This document shows, one piece after another, positions 41,330 to 42,290 of a DNA stretch of 42,290 nt (position 1 is its first letter; each line of letters opens with the position of its first letter). The translations under genes and the position numbers were made by a program. This stretch comes from a virus. The DNA lies in IMG/VR virus record IMGVR_UViG_3300021387_000086, positions 1 through 42,290 of that record; one strand, given 5' to 3'. The notes beneath the pieces were generated by a model that searched no databases, was not told where the DNA came from, and saw only the letters and a list, made by a program, of their open reading frames with translations.

Positions 41330-42120
41330 AACCAATAGCCTCCGTATTTCTTATCGTTCTTGAAGGTGTAGTCTTTCCAGTACTTCGCCGCTTCGGATTG
41401 CTCCCAGTCGGGGAAGTCGGTCGGATGCTTGCGTATCCAGTCCACCATGCGGCGGGACTCCTCTTTCTCCTCGATCGGCGTCATCTTGCCGGTGATGGTC
41501 TTGATGACAAACTGCTTGACGTTGAACGAGAGGACGGAGAGGGTATGGTCATACTCGGTAGCACTGGCATAGGACCGGAGAGCGGTCAGCACATCGAACG
41601 ACAGCACCCGCTGCGCTAACTGTTCCTCCTCGGCGATGATCTGCGGACGGTCGGTGCGGTACTTGGCAAAGAGGTTCTTCGTTACCTCCTGCATCCGTTG
41701 CGCTTCATAGCCCTTGAAGATGGTGCCCTTCAGAACATCGCCGGCAAGGATGGTATCCAAGGCCTCGATGGAGTTATCCACCATCGCCTGCAGTCCGTCG
41801 AGCAGGGCATTGATCCGGTCACGGCTCGCCGGGGCTACGTTCCCGTTCGAGACGATACCGAAACCATTCTCCGTGAGGATGACATCCAAGGACGGAATAG
41901 CTCTCCGGAAGGCATCGTCCGCCACAATGATCTTCGCGTAGGTCATAGCGGATTCATTCTCATGGATATCGTCGTACTTGACTACGTTCGCCTCCAGCCA
42001 TGCTTCGGCTATCTCCAGATGGCTCTGCATCTTGGTGAACAGATCTTTCTCTCCTTCGACGGCGGTCACCACATTGGGGATGTACGTCATCAGCGTGTTA
42101 TTGTCGGGAATGTACCTCAT
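41326..42120 (-). CDS. Hypothetical protein (264 aa) downstream of the portal
   Basis: ATG 42120 overlaps the portal stop (ATGA), preceded by AAGGAGGA. Confidence 0.55.
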   Translation of the reverse strand: MRYIPDNNTLMTYIPNVVTAVEGEKDLFTKMQSHLEIAEAWLEANVVKYDDIHENESAMTYAKIIVADDAFRRAIPSLDVILTENGFGIVSNGNVAPASRDRINALLDGLQAMVDNSIEALDTILAGDVLKGTIFKGYEAQRMQEVTKNLFAKYRTDRPQIIAEEEQLAQRVLSFDVLTALRSYASATEYDHTLSVLSFNVKQFVIKTITGKMTPIEEKEESRRMVDWIRKHPTDFPDWEQSEAAKYWKDYTFKNDKKYGGYWL

Positions 42121-42290
42121 TGGTTGTCCTCCTTTCCTTGGTCGTTCGTTTGTTTGATATCCTTATGCTCATCGAGCGTGGTGAGCTGCATGATCTTGCA
42201 CTCCGGCTTGACTCCCTTCCATTGGTTGACATAGCAAAGGAGCTTGTGTACCCGCAGAAGGAGGTCGTGCGTCGGTTTGTTCAGCAGCTG
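42117..42290 (-). CDS. Portal protein, C-terminal part (continuation of 1..1271 across the circular junction)
   Basis: Same frame as 1..1271 through the overlap; ends ...KIMQLTTLDEHKDIKQTNDQGKEDNQ-TGA. Confidence 0.6.
   Translation of the reverse strand, partial: QLLNKPTHDLLLRVHKLLCYVNQWKGVKPECKIMQLTTLDEHKDIKQTNDQGKEDNQ
42184..42290. repeat. Second copy of the 107-bp terminal overlap
   Basis: Identical to 1..107. Confidence 0.95.

Overview
The window is a complete, circularly closed temperate tailed-phage genome. The first 107 nt are identical to the last 107 nt, so the unique length is 42,183 bp. The host is probably a member of the Bacteroidota. Nine promoters match the Bacteroides -7 box TAnnTTTG, leaders are A-rich, several proteins carry lipoprotein signals, and a tyrosine integrase sits next to tRNA-3'-end-like sequence. 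I support about 55 protein genes, nearly all on the minus strand, in about ten transcription units:
(1) Packaging and tail unit, from P1294 and wrapping across the window junction: portal, five small genes, large terminase, tape measure and a 608-aa tail protein.
(2) Head unit, from P20339: ClpP-like protease/scaffold, major capsid protein and further virion genes. An embedded cassette here encodes a phosphoribosyltransferase, an unknown protein and a PLD-like protein.
(3) Tail-fibre and lysis unit, from P11489: LRR-like fibre, M15 endolysin and a u-spanin-like protein.
(4) Early/replication unit, from P28652: Cro-like protein, small early genes, an aberrant tRNA-like gene, Toprim-primase/SF3 helicase and a Stealth-like sugar-phosphate transferase.
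(5) Lysogeny module: a leaderless CI-like repressor operon with a membrane-anchored cargo protein, the integrase, an Xis-like HTH protein and a two-lipoprotein moron.
I found no rRNA, CRISPR array, transposase, reverse transcriptase or sign of stop-codon recoding.
The most unusual observations are:
(a) Three virion proteins, including the major capsid protein, end in (Gly-Ser)n-Gly-Glu tails encoded by mixed codons. The genome also carries three enzymes of phospho-sugar/phosphodiester chemistry (ComF-like PRTase, single-HKD PLD-like protein, Stealth-like transferase). The PRTase is translationally coupled to a GS-tailed protein. I propose, as inference only, a virion Ser-tail modification system.
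(b) The att region holds a duplicated module: a tRNA anticodon-loop mimic, a T-arm/acceptor 3' mimic, a terminator hairpin and two AAAATCGGCAC sites.
(c) Several iteron and tandem-repeat arrays are present, including two 23-bp-period arrays inside late operons and a 1.7-kb iteron-dense, nearly gene-free region.
(d) A leader motif (TGTCTAAAWACTAAAAAG) and an SD-containing gene junction each recur in the genome.
All functional calls rest on motif recognition from memory and on gene context. No database search was possible.
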